Below are positions 24,523 through 33,688 of a stretch of DNA of 64,000 nucleotides, in pieces. The translations under genes were made by a program, and so were the position numbers. Each line of letters starts with the position of its first letter. Positions within the stretch are counted from its first letter, which is position 1. The stretch comes from a virus, in IMG/VR virus record IMGVR_UViG_3300045988_081423, one strand, 5' to 3'. The notes below the pieces were generated by a model. That model had not been told where the DNA came from. It was given only the letters and a program-made list of their open reading frames with translations, and searched no databases.

Positions 24523-24789
24523 ATGATTATAAATGATTTAGCAACAATAGCAAATTCTGATTTAATATCAGGAGCTGCAAACATTAGTCAATTTATAAAT
24601 GTCTATCAAGCGACTAAAGGTGCGACATCATCTCAGTTAAATACAGAGCTAATCAAGCAAAACCAGCATATTGAAAATAAACTTGACGAACAAACGAATA
24701 TGTTGCTTGAAAAATTATTGTCTGAATTAAAGATTATAGAAGAACAAAATATTGAAATAATTAAACTTCTGGATGGTGGCGTCAAATGA
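24523..24789 (+). CDS. hypothetical coiled-coil protein (paralog pair with the next gene)
   Basis: 88-aa ORF. Its C-terminal EEQNIEIIKLLDGG resembles NENEKTIISLLQGI of the next ORF. Confidence 0.55.
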   Translation: MIINDLATIANSDLISGAANISQFINVYQATKGATSSQLNTELIKQNQHIENKLDEQTNMLLEKLLSELKIIEEQNIEIIKLLDGGVK

Positions 24790-25010
24790 TTCTTAATACT
24801 AATGCAGAATTAGGTGGATTAGATGCTATTGGTGTTGCAGACACGATTATTGCTTCATTGTTATTGAATTATTCAGAGAAATCTTATAAGTTAAATCTTG
24901 ATAACACCTCGGAAAATAAAAAGGTTATTTCTCTATTAAACGAAATAAATGAAAATGAAAAAACTATTATTTCCTTATTACAAGGAATAATAGAAGATAA
25001 TAAGCATTAG
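24786..25010 (+). CDS. hypothetical protein
   Basis: 74-aa ORF with a 4-nt overlap on the previous gene. Confidence 0.55.
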   Translation: MILNTNAELGGLDAIGVADTIIASLLLNYSEKSYKLNLDNTSENKKVISLLNEINENEKTIISLLQGIIEDNKH

Positions 25011-25152
25011 TCTTGTCTTATCGGTAAAATAATCCAGACTGAAATAAACGAGTGACGGTTTTGACTCGTTGTAAAAATAAAAATTGACCGAGCGATGATT
25101 CACGATATGGAATAAAAGGGGTCAAAAATATTATAGAAAGTAGTGGGTATCA

Positions 25153-25623
25153 ATGGATGTATTGCAAATTATTATTAATATTTGCTCTACTTTTGGTGTG
25201 TCTGGACTTCTTTTGTTCTTTGTGAAAAGGCACTATGAAAAGGAAGACGGGGCTTTAAAAGAGGAAAAACAGGAGAGAAGAGAAATTAAGGATGCGATTG
25301 ATAAAATTGCTAAACAAAACGAAGAGCAGTATGCAATGATTGCATTTCAAAATGATAAGATAAGTTCTCTTTCTGATGACGTAAAGGCTTTAAGAGAACA
25401 AGGAAGTCAAAATTCTCAGGCAGACAGAGATATGCTTCGGGATGCTATGCTAAGAACATATCATAACTGTTATGAGGTAAAAGGATGGATTTCTGTTAAT
25501 GACTTAGAAAGTTTTCAACATATGTTTGAGAGCTACACGGCATTACATGGGAATGGTATGATTCCGAGTGTGCGTGAAAAAATTATGAGTTTACCAACTA
25601 TCCCTCCTGAGAACAAAACATAA
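25153..25623 (+). CDS. membrane-anchored coiled-coil protein
   Basis: 156-aa ORF with the N-terminal TM segment ICSTFGVSGLLLFFV. Confidence 0.6.
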   Translation: MDVLQIIINICSTFGVSGLLLFFVKRHYEKEDGALKEEKQERREIKDAIDKIAKQNEEQYAMIAFQNDKISSLSDDVKALREQGSQNSQADRDMLRDAMLRTYHNCYEVKGWISVNDLESFQHMFESYTALHGNGMIPSVREKIMSLPTIPPENKT

Positions 25624-25646
25624 TAAGAAATACTTAAATTTAAAGA

Positions 25647-28433
25647 ATGGAGGTATCCGATGTGATAGAACAAGAAATTACGTTGCTTACTAATGGTAGA
25701 ATTTCTTTCCAGAAATGCGGGAATGGTCTACAGTTTGGATATTCTAAAAATCGTGGTGTATACAGTATAAAAGTAAAAACTTCTGGTGAATGGAATGGTT
25801 TAACGATTCGCGCATTTTGGCATATCCCGGACATTAAAGAGCCAATCACCTCTTTATTAGTAGACAATGTTATTAGAGTTCCTGCATTGGTTACTAGTTA
25901 TAAAGGTGAGGGGAGGATTGTATTTGAGGGTTCCGATGGAGTCAAAACTGTAACGAGTGCAGACATTCGCTATTATGTAAACAAAAATAGCGGAACCTGT
26001 GACGGTACAATTCCAGAACCGGGAACGCCAGCTTGGCAAGAGCTTGTTGGCACTGTAAAGAAATATTCCGATACTGCTGTTGAAGCAAAGGAGTCTGCTA
26101 AAAAATCAGCGGATGAAGCAAAACAAGCTCTTGAAGATACAAAAGATGTAAAGAGTCAGGCTATTGAAGAAATTAATTCTTCAAAAACTGCGGTAATCGA
26201 AGAGATTGAGAACAAAAAAAATTTATCAATTGAAGAAATTAACAGTGTAAAAGAAGATGCAAAAGGAGAGCTAGAGACCCTTTGTGATTCTACCCGGGAT
26301 TTTGCAAATCAGGCAAAAGAAGCCGCAGACAGAGCAAAAGCAAGCGAACTTGCCGCAAAAGACTCTGAATTAAAATCTAAAGAAAGCGAAAGACTGGCAA
26401 GTGAATACAAAAATTCAGCTAATGAAAGTGCAAACGCTGCATTAAAATCAGAAGAGAACGCTTCAATAAGCGAATCTAATGCGACCGAGGCAGCCAATAG
26501 AGCATTGATATCTGAAAATAATGCAAAATTATCTGAGACAGCCAGTGATAATAGCTCTAAAAAAGCATTTGATAGCGAAACAAAAGCAAAAGCATCCGAA
26601 ATAAATTCTTCAAATAACGCTGTCAACGCAGAACACTCTGCAATAAATGCTGCGGCATCGGCTGATGCCGCAAAAGGCTCTGAGGACAAAGCAAAAACAA
26701 GTGAAATTATTAGCACAGCAAATACGGCAGAAGTAGCAAAAAATCTTGAAACAGTCAGGGATATTAAAGCCGAGATTGACATCTTAGACGCTAATGTGTC
26801 GGCTAATGCGGCAAGTTCAAATGAAAATGCGAACAATGCAAGAATCAGTGCGGAGGCAGCAAAACAATCTGAGACGAATGCTGCATTAAGCGAGGCGTCT
26901 GCTTTAGAGAGCAAAAATGCTTCTGCGGAAAATGCTGCAAAATCTCAAAATAACGCCTCTAACGCAAAAAATAGTGCAGATAGCGCAAAAGAAAGTGAAA
27001 CAAAGGCACAAGAATATTCTAATTTATCTCAGTCCAACGCTAATGCTTCGAGTGAGTCTGCAAGTAATGCAAAAGCAAGCGAAGGTGCTTCAAAAAAGAA
27101 CGCAGACGATTCTGCGGCTACCCTACAAGAACTGAAAGACGGAATTGCATCTGGAAACTTTAAAGGCGAGAAAGGTGACAAAGGCGACCCCGGCCCGGCA
27201 GGCAAAGATGCCCCGCAAATTGATGATACCACCGTGAACGACTCTGCCCCATGGAGCAGCAAGCACATCGTGGATGTGCTCTGCCCACCGATGGAGGAGA
27301 CCGGAAACCCCGTGACGTGCTACCCGGTGGAAAGTTATCCGCTGGGGGTGACTGCCAGCTGGGAACCGACGCAGGAAGGCAGCGGTGACCCATCGCCTGA
27401 CAATGTTCGCCCAATTAAGGGCAGGGACAGCGTGACAGTGGAGCGGTGCGGGAAGAATCTGCTAAAATTAAATGAACGAATTATCGACAAAGAAACAGTG
27501 ATACTCAAAGAAAACGACCTTGTTTTCCTGTCAAAATGTTTTCACGGCAAGGACGTGACGCTCACATTTGCCTGTGACACGAAAGATATTGTTTTCTCGG
27601 ACACAGCGGAAAAATGGAGAAAAAGAATCGGATATGAATGTCATGGTTTTTTGGACGATGGAACTGAGGTATGGTCTCTCCAATGCTGGCTGACTGATGG
27701 ACAAGACAACCTTACAAGAAATGGAAAGCATAAAAAAACTGTTACTTTGAAGATGCCGAACATTGTGAAAGGCACGATTAACTTTTATGCTCAAAATATA
27801 AAATCCGGCACCTTCACAGCGTATGATTTTGGAATCTACGCGGGCGGCACATTGCCAGATAATCTTGCACAATACAACGGTGTATCTGTGCCACTAGCCT
27901 TCCCCTCCACCATCTACGGCGGGACGGTGGATGCAGTGAGCGGTGAGAGCAGTAGAACATGGCGAACTATTACTTTGACAGGCGAAGAAAGCTCTCATAT
28001 TTATTCGACAATTTTCTATCTTGATTTCAATAAAGACAGTTCCTTTGTGGCAGAAGAACCTGTTGACTTAGCAACTGGCAAAAGCAGCCACTATCGCTAT
28101 ACGACATATGCGAATGATTCAGTAGGAGTCACATTAGATGGATATTCCGTGGTGTATTCCAGCAATGGCAAGTATCCTATATCTGATGAGGGTTTACGAG
28201 AATGGAAATCCTACCTCGCCGCCCAGTACGCGGCAGGAACACCTGTCCAAATCGCCTACAAGCTGGCAACTCCAACGCCTTTCACCGCAACCGGCGCACA
28301 GCCTATCTCTTCTCTGAGCGGCGTGAACACCCTAATGACCGACGCGAACAATGTAACCGTTACCGGCAGAGCAGACCCCATCAAGCGCATCACTGACCTT
28401 GAGGACGCTGTGGCATCAATGACCAACACATAA
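25647..28433 (+). CDS. tail fibre / receptor-binding protein with Ala/Ser-rich coiled repeats and a collagen-like stretch
   Basis: 928-aa ORF. About 350 aa of A/S/E/N/K heptad-like repeats, then GEKGDKGDPGPAGKD, then a GC-rich C-terminal domain. The likely true start is GTG 25662, 8 nt after GGAGG. Confidence 0.75.
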   Translation: MEVSDVIEQEITLLTNGRISFQKCGNGLQFGYSKNRGVYSIKVKTSGEWNGLTIRAFWHIPDIKEPITSLLVDNVIRVPALVTSYKGEGRIVFEGSDGVKTVTSADIRYYVNKNSGTCDGTIPEPGTPAWQELVGTVKKYSDTAVEAKESAKKSADEAKQALEDTKDVKSQAIEEINSSKTAVIEEIENKKNLSIEEINSVKEDAKGELETLCDSTRDFANQAKEAADRAKASELAAKDSELKSKESERLASEYKNSANESANAALKSEENASISESNATEAANRALISENNAKLSETASDNSSKKAFDSETKAKASEINSSNNAVNAEHSAINAAASADAAKGSEDKAKTSEIISTANTAEVAKNLETVRDIKAEIDILDANVSANAASSNENANNARISAEAAKQSETNAALSEASALESKNASAENAAKSQNNASNAKNSADSAKESETKAQEYSNLSQSNANASSESASNAKASEGASKKNADDSAATLQELKDGIASGNFKGEKGDKGDPGPAGKDAPQIDDTTVNDSAPWSSKHIVDVLCPPMEETGNPVTCYPVESYPLGVTASWEPTQEGSGDPSPDNVRPIKGRDSVTVERCGKNLLKLNERIIDKETVILKENDLVFLSKCFHGKDVTLTFACDTKDIVFSDTAEKWRKRIGYECHGFLDDGTEVWSLQCWLTDGQDNLTRNGKHKKTVTLKMPNIVKGTINFYAQNIKSGTFTAYDFGIYAGGTLPDNLAQYNGVSVPLAFPSTIYGGTVDAVSGESSRTWRTITLTGEESSHIYSTIFYLDFNKDSSFVAEEPVDLATGKSSHYRYTTYANDSVGVTLDGYSVVYSSNGKYPISDEGLREWKSYLAAQYAAGTPVQIAYKLATPTPFTATGAQPISSLSGVNTLMTDANNVTVTGRADPIKRITDLEDAVASMTNT

Positions 28434-28443
28434 GGAGGTACAT

Positions 28444-28674
28444 ATGGCAATTAAATCCAAAGCCCGCCATGACCTGACGCTGCGCAGCATCAAGCGGGAA
28501 ATTGCAGCAGGACGCGATGTTGCATACTGGTTGGATAAGGCGTACACCCATCTGGACAACGGCTTGTTGACCGAGGACGACATCGCAGAGGTGGAAGCCC
28601 TTGCGCAGGCGTACTACGATGCGCTAGACGCGGAGGACAAGGCGAACTCTGAACAGCAGCAGACTCAAAGGTAA
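28444..28674 (+). CDS. small protein of the GC-rich fibre module (possible fibre accessory)
   Basis: 76-aa ORF with an AAGGAGG RBS and the same high-GC composition as the fibre 3' end. Confidence 0.55.
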   Translation: MAIKSKARHDLTLRSIKREIAAGRDVAYWLDKAYTHLDNGLLTEDDIAEVEALAQAYYDALDAEDKANSEQQQTQR

Positions 28675-28887
28675 TAGGAGAAGCCATTAGGGAGCTAAAG
28701 TCTTCTTGCGTTACTGGAATTTTACAATCTAAATTTGGAAAGATAATGTTGACTTATGCTGACGGTTATACATCCGAGATAGTGATTTATGCCGTTCTTG
28801 CATAATTTATAAATAGTTGTTTTAATTAAACACATATTATACATTTTGTTAAATTATAGAATCACTTTTAACAAATAGGTGATTATT

Positions 28888-29217
28888 ATGACGGTAAATG
28901 AATCGAAATTTATTATTCAGAAATTAATCAAGTATTCTATGGAAGAACTTGAAATGGCAGAACATTATCAAAAAATGATGGCCCACATGGAGGATTCTTC
29001 TGCGTTCTCTAAATTTAAAGAATTTGCGAACCAAGAACTTGCTCACCATGAATACGATTTTTCAATGGCAATGTCTATGGCACAGAAACTAAAAGATGAA
29101 AATGAGATTGCAGATGTGGACGAGTTTATAAATGGTATTTATAAGCAGAATCAGACACATTGGAAGGAAAAGATTGTTTGGAAAATTGCAAACGCAAAGC
29201 CAAAAACCTCTCGTTAA
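28888..29217 (+). CDS. hypothetical protein
   Basis: ATG after an AGGTGA RBS; His/Met-rich helical protein. Confidence 0.55.
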   Translation: MTVNESKFIIQKLIKYSMEELEMAEHYQKMMAHMEDSSAFSKFKEFANQELAHHEYDFSMAMSMAQKLKDENEIADVDEFINGIYKQNQTHWKEKIVWKIANAKPKTSR

Positions 29218-29427
29218 ATGATGCTGGGCGAAGGGACTAGAGGTCGTTAAACAGCGACGATAAATGTTAAAGGTGTTGGAATAATACCACGGTATTATAC
29301 AGTATCTTTGATTTTAAATGTTTATTGCTATGGCAACTATCCATGAGTAGAAATGCTTGTGGATAGTAACGATGGCAATAAAGTCATCGTGGAATTAAAG
29401 GAGTCATTTGGAGTGAAAGGAGTACAC

Positions 29428-30603
29428 ATGGAAGATAGTCTACTTAAATGTAAAGACGAAACCGATAAGGAATATGGTTTGCGTTTAGCTATGAATAAAG
29501 ACATCTATGGTATTAGCTGGACTAAGATTTGTGACCTTATGTTTGAAGCAACTGGCGTAAGAAAAGACGAAAGTGCTTATCGTAAATATTATATGGCGTT
29601 CCTTGATGGAGTTGATTATCAAAAGAATAAAGACCCGTCTGAACAAATGGACGAGTTAATGAATAAAGAGCTAGATATTAAATTGAAAACTGTCAAAATG
29701 CGTGATTATAGAGCGGCTCTCAACCGTGATGTTAATAAGATTGCTCGTTTTGATATGCTTAAACAAGATATTTCAGACTATGTTATTAAAAACCATTTGG
29801 AGTTTAATGATAATAAAAGTAACTTTTCATCAACCGAGAAGAGCGCTATTTTATGCCTATCTGATTTCCATTATGGTATGGTAACTGATAATTATCTTAA
29901 TAAATATAATCCTGAAATCTTCCATAAGCGCATGACCAAACTTTTTGACGCAGTTGTTAAGAAGATTTATTCTGAAAAGATTGGTACTCTGTACGTTATT
30001 AATTTAAACGATGCTATTTCTGGATATATTCATAATACTGTTCGGATTGAGAATCGTAAAAATGTTATTGAACAGGTAATGGAAGTTTCTAATGCTTTGG
30101 CAGAGTTTCTAAATGGGCTTTCTCAACATTGCAATATTGAATACTATTCTGTTATTGATAATCATTCTCGTTGTATGGCTAATAAATATGATAGCTTGCA
30201 AAATGAAAATTTTTCTCTTCTTGTTGACTGGTATTTGAAAGCAGCTCTACGTTATGTCCATAATATTCATATTAATGATAATGAACTTGATAATGATATT
30301 CTAACGTTCAGTATTTATAACTGGAATTATTTAGGTTCCCATGGAGATAAAGATAGCATTCATGATATAGTTCAGAATATGACACTTCTAACCCATAAGT
30401 TCTATGATGCAATGTTTATCGCACATAAACACCATGTAGAGTCTAAAGAAGTTGATGGAACTATGGTTTTTATGAATGGTTCTCTTTGTGGTACAGATAA
30501 TTATGCTAAATCTTTGCGTATTACTTCTCACCCTTCCCAGACTATGTATATTGTCACTCCTGATAATCCTTATGAATCTATAAATATTATCCGTTTGGAC
30601 TAA
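29428..30603 (+). CDS. calcineurin-like metallophosphoesterase with N-terminal HTH-like region
   Basis: Motifs LSDFHYG (DxH), NLNDAISG, IDNHSR (GNH-like), GSHGDKD and AHKHH. RBS AAAGGAG. Confidence 0.65.
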   Translation: MEDSLLKCKDETDKEYGLRLAMNKDIYGISWTKICDLMFEATGVRKDESAYRKYYMAFLDGVDYQKNKDPSEQMDELMNKELDIKLKTVKMRDYRAALNRDVNKIARFDMLKQDISDYVIKNHLEFNDNKSNFSSTEKSAILCLSDFHYGMVTDNYLNKYNPEIFHKRMTKLFDAVVKKIYSEKIGTLYVINLNDAISGYIHNTVRIENRKNVIEQVMEVSNALAEFLNGLSQHCNIEYYSVIDNHSRCMANKYDSLQNENFSLLVDWYLKAALRYVHNIHINDNELDNDILTFSIYNWNYLGSHGDKDSIHDIVQNMTLLTHKFYDAMFIAHKHHVESKEVDGTMVFMNGSLCGTDNYAKSLRITSHPSQTMYIVTPDNPYESINIIRLD

Positions 30604-30615
30604 GGTGGTGGTTAC

Positions 30616-31671
30616 ATGGCTATTGCTAAAAAAGGAAAACAAATCGGAGAAGAGACGAAAAAGAAACTGATTTGCATTAGTTGTGGCTGTGGAGTTCAAA
30701 ATAATTTCAATGCCACAAAAGATGAATATCATAAGTTCTTTAATAAGATACCATATTGTAAGGATTGTGTCAAGTCTATTTATAAAGGATACTTGGTAAA
30801 ATACAACGGCAATACAAACCTCGCTATTTATTTTACTTGTAGGAAAATTGATATTCCGTACATTCATCAAGCGTATTTGGCGGCTATGAAAGAATCTCAG
30901 AATGAAAACTCTGTGTTAAATGGAGAAGAAAACCTATTGCCAATTTATCTAAAGAATCTTGCATTCGCAGATAAAAATGGTTGGGGTTCGAGCTTTGACG
31001 ATTCTCAAGGCGAAAATAATATCGAAGGTCTTAGTAACTATGATGTTTATACAAAGATTAAACGTCCCAAGAAAGTTACTGGCGAGCTTGACGATGACGA
31101 TAATTATGAAGATATTGAATTTAGTACAGCATATTTGCAAAGTGTATGGGGAAGGTTTGATAATGATGACCTAGCATATCTTCAAAATGAATATATGGAT
31201 TGGGAATCTAAACTGGGTCAAATTGATACTAAAGATATTGATGTTATTGTAAAGCAAATCTGTCATACGACTCTTCAAATTAATAAAGCTCGTGAAAATG
31301 GGCAAGATGTTACAAAAATGATAAACTCTCTAACATCACTTATGAATAATGGCGGCTTGCTTGAAAAGCAGAACAAGGCTGTTCAAAATTCTAAGGTTGT
31401 TGGTCAGCGCATTGAGGATATTGAGACCTTTAGACCTGTTAAGAAGGTTGACCCTGAATTAGCTGATGTTGATAGCAACCAAATGCTATTCGATGCGTTT
31501 GTTGGTTGTACAGCAAGAGCTTTGGGTAAGAATAATAAATATGTTGAAAGATTTGAAAAAGAGTTTGAACCTTATAGTATTGATATAATTGAAAACGGTA
31601 AGGCTCAACTTCTTGGAACGGAGGGTGATGAAGAATGTCAGAATCAGACAAAATCGTCATCCGAAGATTGA
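30616..31671 (+). CDS. hypothetical protein, possible small terminase subunit by position
   Basis: 351-aa ORF directly upstream of terL and overlapping it. N-terminal Cys4 (CISCGC...CKDC). No family recognised. Confidence 0.35.
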   Translation: MAIAKKGKQIGEETKKKLICISCGCGVQNNFNATKDEYHKFFNKIPYCKDCVKSIYKGYLVKYNGNTNLAIYFTCRKIDIPYIHQAYLAAMKESQNENSVLNGEENLLPIYLKNLAFADKNGWGSSFDDSQGENNIEGLSNYDVYTKIKRPKKVTGELDDDDNYEDIEFSTAYLQSVWGRFDNDDLAYLQNEYMDWESKLGQIDTKDIDVIVKQICHTTLQINKARENGQDVTKMINSLTSLMNNGGLLEKQNKAVQNSKVVGQRIEDIETFRPVKKVDPELADVDSNQMLFDAFVGCTARALGKNNKYVERFEKEFEPYSIDIIENGKAQLLGTEGDEECQNQTKSSSED

Positions 31672-32878
31672 AAAAGAAACGTGTTACGCTCCAAGAACAA
31701 TACAATGAAAACTTTGAAGCATGGGTGGGATATTGGAGGGCAAACCCTCAAAGATTTATAACTGAATACCTAGGCTTACCACTGTATGATTTCCAAAAGG
31801 TTTTAATTTGGGAAATGAATAATACTGCGAACTATATATTTATAGGTAGTCGCGGAATTGCGAAGTCTTCTCTTACGCTAGACTTTTGTTGTCAAATGGC
31901 AATTCTTTATCCCGGTCTCAAAATCCTTGTAGTTTGTCCTGTTAAATCCCAAAGTAAACAATTTGTCAAAAAGATTTATGAATATATGCGTATGAGCAAA
32001 AATCTTGAGCAAGAAATCAAGATTGATGAAATAAAAATTGGTGTTAATGAATGCCAAATCCCATTCAAAAATGGTTCTACAATTTTTACTGCAACTTACG
32101 GTGAAAATGCTTTGGGCATTCGCGCCCACATACTAATCGTTGACGAATTTGTTCGTACAGAAAAAGAAGTTATCACTCGTGTCTTTGACCCAATGCTTTC
32201 AGACTCAAGAAAACCAAGATATCTCGATTTAACTCCTGCGCAAAGAGCAGAAGAATATAAACATGAAGAGTTAAGAAAGGTTTATCTATCTTCTATCAGA
32301 CGAGCAGATGAATGGTCTTATAAAACTTTTGAAGACTATGTTGATTGGATGACGGATGGGAACAGAGATTACTGTGCGACTGTCATTAGTTATGTATTGG
32401 GCGTAAAGAATGGATTTATTAGTAAAAAGAAAGTAGAAGATACTTTTAAATCCAATCTTGAAAATATGAATATTTTACAGGCTGAATACAATGGTATCCC
32501 TGAACGTGGTACTGGTAACTCTTATTTTACATATAAAATGATGGATAGAGTCAGAACTAACTCTAAAGCATTCTGCTGTATGTCTGATGAAGAATATATT
32601 CAGTATAAAGATTGTAGAGAAAAGTATCCATACTATCAAGAAAAACTACCTAATGAAATTAGGTTACTATGTATGGACGTTGCTGTTATTGAATCTAGCA
32701 AGAACGACAATACTGCATTTTTTATTATTAGGTTAATTCCTGATAGTGGAAGATATACAATTATTGTGCCATACGCAGATAGTATGCACGGTCTAAACTC
32801 AATTGCTCAAACTAAGAGAATGAAACAATTATTTTATGAGTTTGAATGCGATTACATGATACTTGATACACAAGGCGT
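31635..32878 (+). CDS. terL: terminase large subunit, exon 1
   Basis: Walker A-like GSRGIAKSS, Walker B ILIVDEF, nuclease Asp CMDVAV. The reading frame breaks after ...YMILDTQGV. Confidence 0.8.
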
Positions 32879-33141
32879 GAAATGCTTGCGCCAATTATAT
32901 AGTAATATATAATTAAGTATTGCGGAAAAAACTGGAAGGCTGAAACGCTAATCAGAGTGGAAGTTATATAATAATATATATAACACACGCAACGCATAGA
33001 GATTGAAACTATTTATAGAATATAACATCTCCAAGAGTCCGCAACTCCTATTTAAATTTAGGATGAAAAGATATGCTGAACTAATACGAATGGTAAGTGT
33101 TAGAATTTAGAGATAAAAAGCTCTAAAGATAACAAATGAGG
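32879..33141 (+). mobile_element. ORF-less self-splicing (group I-like) intron in terL; boundaries within a few nt
   Basis: About 263 nt with stops in the terL frame. GAAACGCTAA and AAGATATGCTGAAC resemble the core blocks of the other introns. Hairpins CTAA/TTAG and TTTAGAG/CTCTAAA lie near the 3' end, which ends in G. Confidence 0.55.
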
Positions 33142-33670
33142 TATTTCTATTTTTGACTACGCTACCACGGAAACCTATGATGAAAACCGTGGCGTTACTT
33201 ACCCTGCATGGACGGTAGTTAACCCAGAAGATATTAAGATGGTTAACCGTACAATTGATAGAAATGCAGTCCCCGTAATTTATTCTGTTAAAACTCCAAT
33301 CCAGTTGAAGTCTGCTATGTTCAGTAATATGCGTGATTTGATTACTGATGGACGAGTTAATTTACTTGTTGATAGTCAAGAGGGTCTTGATTATATGATA
33401 AAAAACTATCAGTATTATAAGATTGAAGATGAGGATTTAAAGAAACGTCTTATGAATCCTTATGTACAAACTAATCGGCTTGTTGATGAGGCAATTAGTT
33501 TGGAACAGGTGGTTACTCAGGGCTATATTAACCTAAAGGAAAAAGCTGGGAATCGTAAAGACCGTGTTATGTCTTTGGCTTATGGTCTTTGGTATGCCAA
33601 GTTATTAGAAGACCAATACATTAATAAACAAGAAACCAACAGTTTATTAGACTGGACATTCTTTGGTTAA
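33142..33670 (+). CDS. terL: terminase large subunit, exon 2
   Basis: The in-frame sequence upstream of the annotated ATG (ISIFDYATTETYDENRGVTYPAWTVVNPEDIK) continues exon 1. No RBS precedes the ATG at 33239. Confidence 0.7.
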
Positions 33671-33688
33671 ACTATAATAGAAAGGTAG

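Noticed and set aside
26309-27414. Long minus-strand ORFs (26309-26914, 27029-27268, 27160-27414) and other ORFs antisense to the fibre gene
   Set aside because: They are shadow ORFs. The Ala/Ser repeat region and the GC-rich segment suppress stop codons on the opposite strand. They have no RBS and lie entirely inside a well-supported plus-strand gene.
25647-28700. Diversity-generating retroelement targeting the fibre C-terminus
   Set aside because: No reverse transcriptase gene and no template-repeat copy of the 3' end of the fibre gene could be found anywhere in the window.
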